The notes: a model not told the origin generated them from the sequence alone. A stretch of DNA of 55,351 bases from Microthrixaceae bacterium (GCA_020439065.1 JAGQTK010000001.1:1-55351), one strand, 5' to 3'; positions 37,235 through 48,664 are shown, counted from the first letter of the stretch. Translations and numbers: made by a program.

Positions 37235-39412
37235 ATGCCCAACACTCGTACCTCCGCCGGGTTCGCCGACCGCCTCACCTCGCGCCGCGGCGCCTGGATC
37301 TCGCTCCTGCTCGCGCTGCTCGCCATCGTCGGGGTCTTCGGCGTGCTGAGCGGCGCGAGCGCCCCCAGCGGCAACGACGCGGCGCCGCCGGCCTCCGAGT
37401 CGGCGGCCGTCACCGCGGCGCTCGCCGAGTTCGACGAGGGCACGAAGCAGGCGCTGCTGCTGGTTGCCAGCCGCGACGACGGCGCGGTCCTCACCGAGGC
37501 CGACCTTGCGGCGGTGGGCGCACTGGCCCCGCTGCTGGACGAGCAGACCGGCTACACCGCCTCGCGGCCCTTCGCCAGCGAGGACGGGCTGGCCGCGGTC
37601 ATGCAAACCTCGATCATGCCGGGCGCCGACAACGCCGAGACCGCCGAGACCGTGGGTGTGCTGCGGGACATCGTGGCGGAGCACCCCGTCGACGGCGTCA
37701 CCGTGCTCGTCACCGGCGGCCCCGCCTTCGGCGCCGACATCGTCGGGGCGTTCGCGGGCGCCGATTTCACGCTCCTGCTCGTGACCATCGGCATCGTCGC
37801 ACTGCTGCTGATCTTCACCTACCGCTCGCCGATCCTGTGGATCGTGCCCCTCGTGGTGATCGCCATCGCCGACCGGATGGCGAGCCTGGTCACCTCCACC
37901 GTCGGCACCGCACTCGAGCTGCAGTTCGATGCGGGCATCGTCAGCGTGCTGGTGTTCGGCGCCGGCACGAACTACGCGCTGCTGCTGATCTCGCGCTACC
38001 GGGAGGAGCTGGGGCGCACCGCCGACCACCGGGCCGCGCTCGCGAGCGCCTGGCGACACACCGCGCCCGCGATCCTGGCCTCCAACCTCACGGTCGTGCT
38101 CTCGCTCGCGACGCTCGTGTTCGCCGTGATCCCCGGCACGCGCGGCCTCGGGGTCTCGTCGGCGATCGGCCTGCTGATCGCCCTCGCGTTCGGGCTGCTG
38201 GTGCTGCCGCCCGTGCTCGCGGTCTGCGGCCGCGGCATCTTCTGGCCGCTCGTGCCGAAGCCTGGGCAGCAGCGCGTGCAGGGCGCCAAGTGGCGGGCGC
38301 TCGCGAGCCGGGTGGTCGCCCGACCCGTCGTCTCCATCGTCGCCGCGGGTGCGCTGCTCGCGATCATGGCCACTGGCCTCATCGGCACGTCGGTGGGTCT
38401 CAGCCAGTCCGAGAAGTTCCGCGTCGCCTCCGAATCGGCGGCGGGCCTGGTGGTGCTGGGCGAGCACTTCCCCGCCGGCGAGGCGCAGCCGATGGTCGTC
38501 ATCGCGAACACCGGGGCCACCGCCGAGGTGGTCGCCGCAGCCCAAGACATCGACGGCGTGCTGCGCGTCACCGCGGTCGGCGAAAGCCGCGACGGCGCCC
38601 TCACCCGCATCGTCGTCACCGGCGAGCCCGCACCCTCCACGCCCGAGAGCCTCGCCCTCGTCGACGAGCTGCGCGCGACGCTGCACGCCATCGACGGTGC
38701 CGACGCGCTCGTGGGCGGCGCCGTTGCGACCGACGTCGACGCTCGCGAGGGCAACCAGCGCGACCTGCTGGTGATCGCCCCGCTCGTGCTGCTCGTCAGC
38801 TTCATCGTGCTGCTGCTTCTGCTGCGCTCGCTCGTCGCGCCCATCCTGCTGATGCTGGTGAACCTCATCAGCGCGCTCGCCGCGATCGGCGCCGGCGCGT
38901 GGCTGAGCCGCATGCTGTTCGGGCAGGAGGCACTCGATCTGCAGGTGCCGCTGCTGTCGTTCCTGTTCCTCGTCGCGCTCGGCATCGACTACACGATCTT
39001 CCTCGTGCACCGTGCTCGGGCCGAGGCGGCCGCGCTCGGCACGAAACAGGGCATGGTGGCGGCGGTGGCCGGCACGGGCGGCGTGATCACGAGCGCCGGC
39101 ATCGTGCTCGCCGCGGTCTTCGCGGCGCTCGGGGTGCTGCCGCTGGTCACGCTCGGCCAGATCGGCCTGATCGTCGGGCTCGGCGTGGTCGTCGACACGT
39201 TCGTCGTGCGCACGATCATCGTGCCGGCCCTGTTCAGCCTGCTCGGCGACCGCATCTGGTGGCCGGGTCGCGTGCCCGGTGCCGGCACGGGGGCGGCGGA
39301 TGCCGACAGCGACGCGGATGGCGAGGCCGATGCCGAGGCTGTTGCAGCGGCGGCGCGTCTCGGCGGGGCAGAATCGAACCATGTCACACCCCGCGCAGAC
39401 GCGCTCACCTAA
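37235..39412 (+). CDS. MMPL-family transporter
   Basis: Two repeats with VTGGPA/VGG, GAGTNYALL and ALGIDY motifs. Confidence 0.9.
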   Translation: MPNTRTSAGFADRLTSRRGAWISLLLALLAIVGVFGVLSGASAPSGNDAAPPASESAAVTAALAEFDEGTKQALLLVASRDDGAVLTEADLAAVGALAPLLDEQTGYTASRPFASEDGLAAVMQTSIMPGADNAETAETVGVLRDIVAEHPVDGVTVLVTGGPAFGADIVGAFAGADFTLLLVTIGIVALLLIFTYRSPILWIVPLVVIAIADRMASLVTSTVGTALELQFDAGIVSVLVFGAGTNYALLLISRYREELGRTADHRAALASAWRHTAPAILASNLTVVLSLATLVFAVIPGTRGLGVSSAIGLLIALAFGLLVLPPVLAVCGRGIFWPLVPKPGQQRVQGAKWRALASRVVARPVVSIVAAGALLAIMATGLIGTSVGLSQSEKFRVASESAAGLVVLGEHFPAGEAQPMVVIANTGATAEVVAAAQDIDGVLRVTAVGESRDGALTRIVVTGEPAPSTPESLALVDELRATLHAIDGADALVGGAVATDVDAREGNQRDLLVIAPLVLLVSFIVLLLLLRSLVAPILLMLVNLISALAAIGAGAWLSRMLFGQEALDLQVPLLSFLFLVALGIDYTIFLVHRARAEAAALGTKQGMVAAVAGTGGVITSAGIVLAAVFAALGVLPLVTLGQIGLIVGLGVVVDTFVVRTIIVPALFSLLGDRIWWPGRVPGAGTGAADADSDADGEADAEAVAAAARLGGAESNHVTPRADALT

Positions 39413-40706
39413 CGACCGGCCCGCGATGCTGCGCGGCGGCGTCGCGGTGATGCTCCGGTCGATGCAGGTCGGGCAGCTCGTGATCGCCGCGGTGCTCGTG
39501 TGCATCGGCGCGGTGCGCGCCGTCGCCGGTGGCACGCCCCCGGTGCTGGCGGTGGCCGCATCGCTGGTCTTCGCGGGCTGGTATTTCGGCGGCATCGTGC
39601 TGACCACGCGCGCGCACGATCAGCGCGTGAGCATCACGTGGATGCTCGGGCTCGTGGTGATCTGGGCCGGAACGGTGACCATCTCGGTCGAGTTCATCTG
39701 GCTCGCGTTCGCGCTCTGGCTCCTGGGCGGGCTGATTCTGCGGGTGCGCTGGGCGATCGTGTACTCGCTCGCGGTGTTCGCGGTGGTGGTGATCGCACCG
39801 CTCGTGCAGCACGGGACGATCGCGTTCGCCAACGTGATCGGCCCGCTCGTGGGGGGCCTGTTCGCGTTCGGCGTCTCGCGCGGCTATCTCGAGATGGTCC
39901 GCGATTCGCAGGAGCGGCAGCGGCTCGTCGATTCGCTGCTGCACGCGCAGACCGAGATGGCAGAGCTGCAGCAGGAGCTCGCCCGCACGCAGCGCGAGTC
40001 CGGGGCGATCGCCGAGCGCACCCGGCTCTCCCGCGACATCCACGACACGATCGCGCAGGGGTTCACATCGATCGGCCTGCTCGCGCGCGGCGCGCTGCAG
40101 CAGGAGGAGCTGCAACCCGATGCGCTGCAGGCGGGTGCGTCGCAGGCGGATGCGCGAACGCGTGGTGCCGCGCGCCGGGTGCTCGAGCAGATCGACGCGC
40201 TCGCCCGAGACAGCCTCGTCGACGTGCGGCGCATCGTGGCGGCGCTCGCGCCCGCAGAGCTCGAGGAGGGGGCGCTCGCCGGCGCCATCGCACGCATGCT
40301 GGAGCGCCTCGAGGCCGAGAGCGGTATCTCGACCGAATTGCGCGTGGATGCCCCGTTCCCGGCGTTGCCGACGGCGGTCGAGGTGGCCTTCCTGCGCACG
40401 GCGCAGTCGGCGCTCGCGAACGTGCGGCAGCACGCGGGCGCGAGCCGTGTCGTCGTGAGCCTCGCCGACGCCGAGCATGCGGTGCGCCTCGACATCGTCG
40501 ACGACGGCCGTGGCTTCGACGTGCCCAGTTGGGATCGCGGCGGCCGCGCGCTCGCTGCGAGCGGATACGGTCTGCACTCGATGCGCGACCGGTTGCGCGA
40601 ACTCGGTGGCGGGCTCGTGGTCGAGAGCGCGCCCGGCGACGGCACGGCGCTCTCCGCGTTCGCCCCCTACGCGCAGATCGACCGGCGCGGCCCTGAGGAA
40701 GGCTGA
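39381..40706 (+). CDS. HisKA_3 sensor histidine kinase (start uncertain)
   Basis: [27 protein letters not shown]. Confidence 0.9.
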   Translation: MSHPAQTRSPNDRPAMLRGGVAVMLRSMQVGQLVIAAVLVCIGAVRAVAGGTPPVLAVAASLVFAGWYFGGIVLTTRAHDQRVSITWMLGLVVIWAGTVTISVEFIWLAFALWLLGGLILRVRWAIVYSLAVFAVVVIAPLVQHGTIAFANVIGPLVGGLFAFGVSRGYLEMVRDSQERQRLVDSLLHAQTEMAELQQELARTQRESGAIAERTRLSRDIHDTIAQGFTSIGLLARGALQQEELQPDALQAGASQADARTRGAARRVLEQIDALARDSLVDVRRIVAALAPAELEEGALAGAIARMLERLEAESGISTELRVDAPFPALPTAVEVAFLRTAQSALANVRQHAGASRVVVSLADAEHAVRLDIVDDGRGFDVPSWDRGGRALAASGYGLHSMRDRLRELGGGLVVESAPGDGTALSAFAPYAQIDRRGPEEG

Positions 40707-40707
40707 C

Positions 40708-41328
40708 ATGGCAATCACCGTGCTCCTGGTCGACGACCATCCCATCGTGCGGGGTGGCGTGCGCGCGCTGTTCGCGCAGCACCCCGAGGTCGAGATCATT
40801 GGCGAGGCGGCCTCCGGGGAGGAGGCCGTCACCCTCGCGGCGCATCTGCGCCCCGACGTCGTGCTGTGCGATCTGCGGCTCGGCGACGGGATGGACGGCG
40901 TGCAGACGACGGCGGCGCTGCGGGCGGAGGATCCCGCACCCGCCGTGATCATCCTCACGACCTTCGACCGGGATGCCGAGATCATCGGCGCGATCGAGGC
41001 GGGGGCTGCGGGCTACCTGCTCAAGGACGTCTCGCCGGAGACGATCCTGCACTCGATCAAGGAGGCCGCCGCCGGGCGCATCGTGCTCGCGCCGGAGATG
41101 GCGCAGCGCGTCGTGCAGGGCATGCGCCGGCCCCGAGTGCACCTGACCGAGCGAGAGCTCGACGTGCTGCGCCTGCTCGGGGAGGGGGCATCCAATCGCG
41201 AGATCGCCCGCAGCCTGTTCGTCTCGGAGGCGACGGTGAAAACCCACCTCGGCAACCTGTTCGCGAAGCTCGGCGTCGAAAGTCGCGCCAAGGCCGTGAC
41301 CCAGGCGCGAGAGCTGGGTCTGCTCTGA
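40708..41328 (+). CDS. NarL/LuxR-family response regulator
   Basis: LVDDH, DLRL, LTERE, SNREIA, TVKTH. Confidence 0.93.
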   Translation: MAITVLLVDDHPIVRGGVRALFAQHPEVEIIGEAASGEEAVTLAAHLRPDVVLCDLRLGDGMDGVQTTAALRAEDPAPAVIILTTFDRDAEIIGAIEAGAAGYLLKDVSPETILHSIKEAAAGRIVLAPEMAQRVVQGMRRPRVHLTERELDVLRLLGEGASNREIARSLFVSEATVKTHLGNLFAKLGVESRAKAVTQARELGLL

Positions 41329-41471
41329 CGCAGCGTCGAATCTGCGCCGCGCTGGCGCGGGGTCGTTACGATGCCCCGATGCCGCGGCCAAGATGAGGGG
41401 TGCTTCAACCATTCGGCTGATCCGTGGTTGCCGGCGTTGCTGCAGACTGCAGGTGACCTTGGGAGGATTGT

Positions 41472-41966
41472 ATGAAGAAGCTGTTCTATGCCGCGTTCAC
41501 CTACATGTTGGTGGGGGTTGTCTCTGGCCTGTACTACCGGGAGTTCACGAAGCTCAACGACTTCGCGCTCGGCGAGTACACCCAGCTCGGCGTCGTGCAC
41601 ACGCACCTGCTGACCCTCGGGTTCATCATCCTGCTCGTCGTGCTCGCGCTCGAGAAGCTCTTCGGCCTCTCGCGCAGCCGCCTGTTCGGCTGGTTCTTCT
41701 GGGTGTACAACGCCGGCATTATCCTGACCACCGCCATGATGCTCTGGCACGGCTCGCTGACCGTGCTCGGTCAGGAGGGGAACGGCATGATCTCGGGTAT
41801 CGCGGGGCTCGGCCACATCCTGCTCACCGCAGGCATGGTGCTGCTGTTTCTCAGCCTGCGGCGCGGCCTCGTGCTCGACGGCGTGATCCACGACCCGGCC
41901 AGCGCATACGCCGCGAACAGCCAGGCCGCCAAGGCTGACGCGAACAACACGGGGGCGGTCGCCTGA
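41472..41966 (+). CDS. DUF2871-family membrane protein
   Basis: SGLYYREFTK, VHTHLL, IAGLGH. Confidence 0.8.
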   Translation: MKKLFYAAFTYMLVGVVSGLYYREFTKLNDFALGEYTQLGVVHTHLLTLGFIILLVVLALEKLFGLSRSRLFGWFFWVYNAGIILTTAMMLWHGSLTVLGQEGNGMISGIAGLGHILLTAGMVLLFLSLRRGLVLDGVIHDPASAYAANSQAAKADANNTGAVA

Positions 41967-43801
41967 TGTCATCGAACAACGCGAACCAGAACACGAACGC
42001 CGCGGCGCAGGCCGAGGCCGAGGCGCCGGCCCCGAGCAAGCGCGCCTGGCTCGGCCTGGCCGTGCTTTCGGCGGGCCTCGGCATGATCGTGCTCGACGGC
42101 ACGATCGTCGGTGTCGCGCTGCCCGACATCATCCTCGATCTCAAGCTCAACATCACCGACGCGCAGTGGGTGAACAGCCTCTACGCCATGCTCCTCGCGG
42201 CGCTGCTGCTCTCGACGGGGCGCCTATCCGACCGTTGGGGGCGCAAGCGCCTCTTCCTCATCGGCATCGTGATCTTCGTCGGCGGCAGCCTCTATGCCGC
42301 GATGTCTGCCGACGCCGGGCACCTGATCATGGCCCGCGCCGTGCAAGCGGTCGGTGCGGCCCTGATCATGCCTTCGACCCTCTCCTCGGTCAACGCGATG
42401 TTCCGCGGAAAGTACCGCGCGGCGGCGTTCGGCGTCTGGGGCGCGGTCATCTCGGGGGCGGCCGCGGTGGGTCCGCTCGCCGGTGGCGCGCTGACGCAGT
42501 GGGGCTCGTGGGAGTGGATCTTCCTCGTGAACATTCCGCTCGGCGCGATCGTGTTTGTCGCCGCGCTGTTCACGGTCGTCGAGAGCAAGGGCGGCAAGTC
42601 CCGCCCCGGCGCCGACGTCGACGGCGCGCTGCTCAGCGGCATCGGCTTCGCCGCCCTCGTCTTCGCGGTGATCGAGGGCCCCGAGATCGGGTGGTGGAAG
42701 CCAACGGCCGAGCTGCACATCTTCGGCCTCACCTGGCCGACGACCGCGCCGATTTCGCTCGTGCCGATCGCGATCGTGGTCGCGATCGGCACCCTGACAC
42801 TCTTCGTCATCTGGGAGCGCCATCGCGCGAAGGTGCGCCGCTCCGCGCTGCTTGATCTCGAGCTGTTCCGTCTGCCCACCTTCTCGTGGGGCAACACGAC
42901 GGCCGCGATGGTCGCGGTGGGCGAGTTCGCGATCCTGTTCGTGCTGCCGCTGTACCTCATCAACGCACTCGGGCTCGATGTCATGGGCGCGGGCCTGATC
43001 CTCGCCGCGATGGCGATCGGCGCGTTCGTCTCCGGCGCGATGGCCCGGCACCTGGCGGCCCGCTTCGGTTCGCCGGGGACCGTGCTGATCGGTCTCGGGC
43101 TCGAGCTGCTCGGCATCGTCGTGCTGGCCTTCACCGTGACCGCGACCACCCCCGGCTGGGTGATCGCGATCCCGCTCGTGGTCTATGGCCTCGGCCTCGG
43201 CCTCGCCTCCGCGCAGCTGACGGGCACCGTGCTGCGCGATGTGCCCGTCGAGGTGTCGGGCCAGGGCTCGGCGACGCAGAGCACGGTTCGCCAGATCGGC
43301 TCGGCACTCGGTACGGCCTTCGCGGGCACCGCGCTGTCGGTCTCGCTCGCCTTCACGCTGCCCGCCGCGCTCAGCAAGGCCGGCCTCAGCGGCGCCGAGG
43401 CAGACACGCTCGCCGAGACCACCCGCCAGAGCGCCGGCTCGACGATCACCCAGCTGCGCGAGCAAGGCGCGCACAGTGCGTTCGGCCCCGATACGGCAAA
43501 GGCCATCGAGGCGCTCTCGCAGGGCTTCTCGGACGGTTCGCGCCTCGCGATGCTCATCGCCTCGGTGTTCCTGCTGCTCGGGTTCGTGGGTGCCATCCGC
43601 CTGCGCATCAGCAGCAACCGCCCCGTGCCGGTGCTCGCTGAGCCCGATGCGCTCGTCGACGACGTGCAGCCCGACGGTCCGCTCCCCGCGGTCGACATCG
43701 CGGGCACTGCGGCGGCGGCTGCAGGAGCCGCGGAACCCACGGGCGCCCCGATGACCGATCCGCGAGCCGGTGGCGGGGCCGGGAGCGGGGCCGGGGGCTG
43801 A
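41966..43801 (+). CDS. DHA2-family MFS efflux transporter
   Basis: LDGTIVGVALP, GRLSDRWGRKR, WIFLVNIP; 14-TM type. Confidence 0.9.
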   Translation: MSSNNANQNTNAAAQAEAEAPAPSKRAWLGLAVLSAGLGMIVLDGTIVGVALPDIILDLKLNITDAQWVNSLYAMLLAALLLSTGRLSDRWGRKRLFLIGIVIFVGGSLYAAMSADAGHLIMARAVQAVGAALIMPSTLSSVNAMFRGKYRAAAFGVWGAVISGAAAVGPLAGGALTQWGSWEWIFLVNIPLGAIVFVAALFTVVESKGGKSRPGADVDGALLSGIGFAALVFAVIEGPEIGWWKPTAELHIFGLTWPTTAPISLVPIAIVVAIGTLTLFVIWERHRAKVRRSALLDLELFRLPTFSWGNTTAAMVAVGEFAILFVLPLYLINALGLDVMGAGLILAAMAIGAFVSGAMARHLAARFGSPGTVLIGLGLELLGIVVLAFTVTATTPGWVIAIPLVVYGLGLGLASAQLTGTVLRDVPVEVSGQGSATQSTVRQIGSALGTAFAGTALSVSLAFTLPAALSKAGLSGAEADTLAETTRQSAGSTITQLREQGAHSAFGPDTAKAIEALSQGFSDGSRLAMLIASVFLLLGFVGAIRLRISSNRPVPVLAEPDALVDDVQPDGPLPAVDIAGTAAAAAGAAEPTGAPMTDPRAGGGAGSGAGG

Positions 43802-43825
43802 TTCGGATGCGAACGCGAGCCTGAG

Positions 43826-44857
43826 GTGCGCACGCCAGCCGCCGTCGTCCGCGGGATTCGACACCCGGAGGCCTTCCACGGCCGGGGTGTGACGCGCGGA
43901 TTCTTCGAGGGCTGGTACCTCAAGCTCGTGTCCGCCGACCGGGCACAGCGCTGGGCGATCATCCCGGGCATCTTCCGGGGGCAGCCGTCGCACACCGAGG
44001 CGGGCGGCGGCAGCCGCGACGAGGCGTTTGTGCAGGTACTCGACGGGCGCCTCGGTCGCTCGTGGTTCTCCCCCTACGCCACCGACGAGTTTGCGGCATC
44101 CGATCGCGCCTTCGATGTGCGCGTCGGCCCGAACCGCTTCACGGCATCGGGGATGACGCTCGAGCTGCCGCACCTGCGCGGCCAGATCGAGTTCACGAGC
44201 CCGCTCGAGCCGTGGCCGGTCACCTGGCGCGAGCCGGGGATCATGGGCTGGTACGGTTTCGTGCCGTTCATGGAGTGCTTCCACGGCATCGTCTCGTTCG
44301 GCCACGGGCTGCGCGGCAGCCTCGAGATCGATGGCACCCCGACCTCGTTCGATGGTGGCTTGGGGTACATCGAGACCGATTGGGGTGAGGCATTCCCCTC
44401 GGGCTACGTGTGGATGGCGAGCAACCACATCGATGTGCGCGAGGGTCCGGCCGAAGCGGCCGTGGGGGCGTCGCTCATCGCCTCCGTCGCCATCATTCCG
44501 TGGATCGGTCGCGCGTTCCGTGGCACGATCATCGGGTTTCGGCACAGCGGGCGCCTCTACAAATGGACCACCTACAACCGCTCGCGCGAGACGCGGCTCA
44601 CGATCGACGACCATCACGTGCGCTGGAGCGTCGCGGGGCCGGACGGCGTGCTCGAGCTGGATGCCGAGCGCGTGCGCGGCGGGCTGCTGCACGCGCCCCT
44701 GCGCACCGCGATGCACCGGCGGGTGGAAGAGACCCTCGACGCGCGCATCGCGTTTCGTCACCGCGACCACGACGGCAACACCCTGCTCGCCGGTACCGCG
44801 GATTGCGCCGGGCTCGAGGTTTTCGGCGACACCGCTCGGCTGCTCGGGCTGCGCTGA
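43826..44857 (+). CDS. tocopherol-cyclase-family protein
   Basis: FFEGWYLK, PGIMGW, FMECFHG, GYIETDWG..FP..YVW. Confidence 0.8.
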   Translation: MRTPAAVVRGIRHPEAFHGRGVTRGFFEGWYLKLVSADRAQRWAIIPGIFRGQPSHTEAGGGSRDEAFVQVLDGRLGRSWFSPYATDEFAASDRAFDVRVGPNRFTASGMTLELPHLRGQIEFTSPLEPWPVTWREPGIMGWYGFVPFMECFHGIVSFGHGLRGSLEIDGTPTSFDGGLGYIETDWGEAFPSGYVWMASNHIDVREGPAEAAVGASLIASVAIIPWIGRAFRGTIIGFRHSGRLYKWTTYNRSRETRLTIDDHHVRWSVAGPDGVLELDAERVRGGLLHAPLRTAMHRRVEETLDARIAFRHRDHDGNTLLAGTADCAGLEVFGDTARLLGLR

Positions 44858-44970
44858 TCGCGCCCCGGCGCCCCGGCGCGCACGCGGCTGCGCGGCGTCC
44901 ACCCGCACGTGTTGCGCCGAACTTCTCGTCGGGCGCGCCCTGGCCGCTCGCGCCATGACACGATAGAAGG

Positions 44971-47900
44971 ATGCCTGACGCCAGCCTCCCTGCCATCGAG
45001 GACCTGACGATCGCGCGCCTCGTCGGCCCGCTCTCGAACAGCCGCGGCCGCGTGTACGCCGAGAACGGGCACGTCGAGGGCATCCAATGGGACGCAGCGA
45101 CGCAGACCCTGCGGGGTCGGGTGCGGGGCGGGGCGCCCGAACCATACGAGGTCACCGTGAAGCTGCTGGGGGCCAACAGCGGGCGCGTGAGCGTGCGCAC
45201 CGCGATGTGCACCTGCCCCGTCGGCATCAACTGCAAGCACGCCGCCGCCCTGTTGCACGCCAGCACCACCCGCCGCCGTGGCGCGGAGCACGCGAGTGCG
45301 AATGCCGAGGCAGCGGTCGAGGCCGAGGTCACCGAGTCGGTGCAGGAGGCCGGCTGGCGAGGCCTCGTCGCGGCCCTCGATCGCGCCGGGCTGCCGGGCG
45401 AGCCGCCTGCGAAGCCGCTCGCGCTGCAGTTCGAGCTGCGTCGCCGCGCGCCGCGCACATCGATGCGGATGAGCGGCCGGAACGACGAGACGGCGCGGGA
45501 CGCGGCATCCGCCGACCGCCTCGCGGTGCGCCCCGTGACGGCGGGGGCGCGCGGCGGCTGGATCAAGAGCTCGCTCACCTGGCAGAACGTGGGCTACCAG
45601 GGCGCCGCGGGCGGGTTCGACCCCGCGCAGGCGCGCTGGTTCGCGCAGCTGAACACGCTCAAGGGCGCCCCGCTGGGGGGCATCCCCGAGTACGGCTCGG
45701 AGTGGATCACCCTCGACCGCTTCGAATCGAACCTGCTGTGGCCGCTGCTGGCGGAGGCCGGCGAGCTTGGGATCGCGCTGGTGGGCACGAATGTGCCGGA
45801 GGTGGTGCTCGCAGGCACCGCCGAGATCGGCTTCGACGCAGCGGTGCGCGAAGACGCGCTGAGCCTGCGCCCGAGCGTGCTGATCGAGGGCAGCACCTTC
45901 GACGCGAGTCGCGTGCGGCTGATCGGCTCGCACGGGGTGTACGCCATCGATGTGCACGGGCAGAGGCTGCTGCTGGCCCGGCTGAGTGCGCCACTGGGGC
46001 GGGCGCAGCGGGCCCTGATCGAGCGCCCCACGCCCGTGCAGGTCGTGCCCGACGAGCTCGACGAGTTTCTCGGCGAGCACTACACCGCGCTCGCACGCTC
46101 GCTCCGCGTGGTCTCGACCGACGAGAGCTTCACCCCGCCCGAGGTGCCGAGCCCGACGCTCGTGCTCGGCGCGCGTTTCGAGGCCGGGCACCTGCTGCGC
46201 CTGCAGTGGGAATGGGACATCGGGCTGCGCCGGCGTGTGCCGCTCGCCGCGGCGGAGGCGCTGTTTCGCGATCGTCCCGCCGACCGGGAGCCCGCCCTCG
46301 CGGCCGTCGACGTGCTCGCCGCGGATCCGGCGGGCACCGCGCTGGTGCAGGCCGACGGATCGTTGCGCGAGGCTGTGCGGCTGCAGGGGATCGCCGCCGC
46401 CGAGTTCACGGCGCGGATGCTGCCCGTGCTCAGCGCGCTCGACGGCGTCGCCGTCGAGATCACGGGCGAGAAGCCGGACTATCGCGAGGTCATCGAGGCT
46501 CCCGTGCTGGCGGTCTCGGCGATGGAATCCGAGTCAAACGATTGGTTCGACCTCGGCGTGACCGTGTCGGTCGAGGGGCGCGTCATCCCGTTCGGCCCGC
46601 TGTTCACCGCCCTGTCGCGGGGTGCCGACAAGCTGCTCCTGGTCGACCACAGCTACCTCTCGCTCCACCAGCCCGTGTTCGCGCCGCTGCGCGAGCTGAT
46701 CGAGGAGGCGGGCGGCCTCGAGGAATGGGAGACCGGCCTGCGGATCAGCCGCTACCAGGCCGCGCTGTGGTCCGAGTTCGAGGACCTCGCCGACGAGAGC
46801 GAAGCGGCCGTGAGCTGGCGCGCGACCGTCGATGGCCTGCGCGACATCGGGAGCGTGCCGCCGCCGCCCGTGCCGGCGGGGTTCACCGGCGAGCTGCGCC
46901 CGTATCAGCGCGACGGCTTCAGCTGGCTCGCCTTCCTGTACGCGCATCGGCTCGGCGGGATCCTGGCCGACGACATGGGCCTCGGCAAGACCGCCCAGAC
47001 CCTGGCGCTCATCGCGCACGCGCACGAGGCGCCCGAACGCCCCGGCCCCTTCCTCGTCGTCGCCCCGACCTCGGTGGTGTCGAACTGGAAGCACGAGGCC
47101 GCGCGCTTCACGCCGGGCCTGCGGGTCGCCGAGGTCGCCACCACAGGGCGCAAGCAGCGCCAGAGCCTTGCCGATATCGCCGCCGGCGCCGATATCGTGC
47201 TCACCAGCTACGCGATCCTGCGGCTGGATGCCGAGTCCTTCGCCGGCATCGACTGGGGCGGGCTGGTGCTCGACGAGGCGCAGTTCGCCAAGAATCCGGC
47301 ATCCAAAGTGCACGACGCGGCACGCGGCATCCGGGCCCCCTTCCGCCTCGCGGTGACCGGCACGCCGATCGAGAACAACTTGACCGAGCTGTGGGCCCTG
47401 CTCCGGATCGTGGCGCCGGGGTTGTTCGCGTCTTCGCGGGAGTTCGCGGAGCAGTACCGGCGCCCCATCGAGGTGAACCATGACGCCGAGCGCCTCGCCC
47501 GGCTACGCCGCCGCGTACGGCCGTTCATGCTGCGCCGCACCAAAGAATCGGTCGCGCCCGAGCTGCCGCCCAAGCAGGAGCAGGTGCTCGAGATCACCCT
47601 CGACCCCCGCCACCGCCGCATCTACGACACGCACCTGCAGCGCGAGCGGCAGAAGATTCTGGGGCTCGTGGACGACCTCGACCGCAACCGCTTCATCGTG
47701 TTCCGCTCGCTCACGCTGCTGCGCATGCTGAGCCTCGATGCCGCGCTGATCGACCCGGAGGGCTACGCGCAGGTGCCCTCGGCCAAGCTCGATGCGCTCC
47801 TGGAGCAGCTCGATGACGTCGTGCAGGAGGGGCACCAGGCGCTCGTGTTCAGCCAGTTCACGTCGTTCCTGCACCGCGCCGCCGATCGCTTGGATGCCGC

Positions 47901-48285
47901 AGGCATCCCGTACTCCTATCTCGACGGCACCACGCGCCAGCGCCAGAAGGTGATCGACGGGTTCCGCCGCGGCGACGGGCGGGTGTTCTTGATCAGCCTG
48001 AAGGCCGGCGGGTTCGGGTTGAACCTGACCGAGGCCGACTACGTCTTCTTGCTCGACCCGTGGTGGAACCCGGCCAGCGAGGCGCAGGCCGTCGACCGTG
48101 CGCACCGCATCGGGCAGACCAAGCAGGTGATGGTGTACCGCATGGTGGCGGCGAACACCATCGAGCAGAAGGTGATGGCGCTGAAGGAGAAGAAGGCCGC
48201 GCTCGTGTCGGCGGTGATCGACGACGATGCGTTCTTCAGCGAAGCGCTCTCGGCCGACGACATCCGCGAGCTGCTCGCGGGCTGA
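44971..48285 (+). CDS. SWIM zinc finger plus SNF2-family helicase
   Basis: CTCP...CKH; LADDMGLGKT, DEAQ, TGTPIEN, QAVDRAHRIGQ. Confidence 0.93.
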   Translation: MPDASLPAIEDLTIARLVGPLSNSRGRVYAENGHVEGIQWDAATQTLRGRVRGGAPEPYEVTVKLLGANSGRVSVRTAMCTCPVGINCKHAAALLHASTTRRRGAEHASANAEAAVEAEVTESVQEAGWRGLVAALDRAGLPGEPPAKPLALQFELRRRAPRTSMRMSGRNDETARDAASADRLAVRPVTAGARGGWIKSSLTWQNVGYQGAAGGFDPAQARWFAQLNTLKGAPLGGIPEYGSEWITLDRFESNLLWPLLAEAGELGIALVGTNVPEVVLAGTAEIGFDAAVREDALSLRPSVLIEGSTFDASRVRLIGSHGVYAIDVHGQRLLLARLSAPLGRAQRALIERPTPVQVVPDELDEFLGEHYTALARSLRVVSTDESFTPPEVPSPTLVLGARFEAGHLLRLQWEWDIGLRRRVPLAAAEALFRDRPADREPALAAVDVLAADPAGTALVQADGSLREAVRLQGIAAAEFTARMLPVLSALDGVAVEITGEKPDYREVIEAPVLAVSAMESESNDWFDLGVTVSVEGRVIPFGPLFTALSRGADKLLLVDHSYLSLHQPVFAPLRELIEEAGGLEEWETGLRISRYQAALWSEFEDLADESEAAVSWRATVDGLRDIGSVPPPPVPAGFTGELRPYQRDGFSWLAFLYAHRLGGILADDMGLGKTAQTLALIAHAHEAPERPGPFLVVAPTSVVSNWKHEAARFTPGLRVAEVATTGRKQRQSLADIAAGADIVLTSYAILRLDAESFAGIDWGGLVLDEAQFAKNPASKVHDAARGIRAPFRLAVTGTPIENNLTELWALLRIVAPGLFASSREFAEQYRRPIEVNHDAERLARLRRRVRPFMLRRTKESVAPELPPKQEQVLEITLDPRHRRIYDTHLQRERQKILGLVDDLDRNRFIVFRSLTLLRMLSLDAALIDPEGYAQVPSAKLDALLEQLDDVVQEGHQALVFSQFTSFLHRAADRLDAAGIPYSYLDGTTRQRQKVIDGFRRGDGRVFLISLKAGGFGLNLTEADYVFLLDPWWNPASEAQAVDRAHRIGQTKQVMVYRMVAANTIEQKVMALKEKKAALVSAVIDDDAFFSEALSADDIRELLAG

Positions 48286-48361
48286 GGCACCGACGCCGTG
48301 AGGCGCGGGCAGCTGCCGCTGCACCGCGCCTCACGCGTCTCGCCGGTCGAGTGGCCGGTCG

Positions 48362-48661
48362 CTACGCCAGCATCATGAAGAGCTTCTCGAGCTCTTCGGG
48401 GTTGGTCCCGCCTTCACCGTCGGCCGCGCCGGCGGGGTCGGTGAGGCACTCCTGCATCGCGGTCGAGATGATCGCGAAGCCGGCACGGTCGAGCGCGCTC
48501 GAGACCGCCGCCAGCTGCGTGACCACCTGTCGGCAGGAGGCGTCGGCCTCCACCGCTGCGATCACGGCGTTCAGCTGCCCTTGCGCACGGCGGAGCCGGT
48601 TGATGACCTTGCGCTGTGCGTCAGGCTGGGCCGGCGCCCCCGCGCCGCGTGGTGTCGTCAT
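48362..48661 (-). CDS. CsoR/CstR-family transcriptional repressor
   Basis: NRLRRAQGQL, CRQVVTQL, C-terminal MQEC. Confidence 0.88.
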   Translation of the reverse strand: MTTPRGAGAPAQPDAQRKVINRLRRAQGQLNAVIAAVEADASCRQVVTQLAAVSSALDRAGFAIISTAMQECLTDPAGAADGEGGTNPEELEKLFMMLA

Positions 48662-48664
48662 GAT

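Noticed and set aside
35084-39607. 1507-aa minus-strand ORF and similar long antisense ORFs (e.g. 42224-45145, 48581-50923)
   Set aside because: Stop-poor shadow frames opposite well-supported genes in high-GC DNA.
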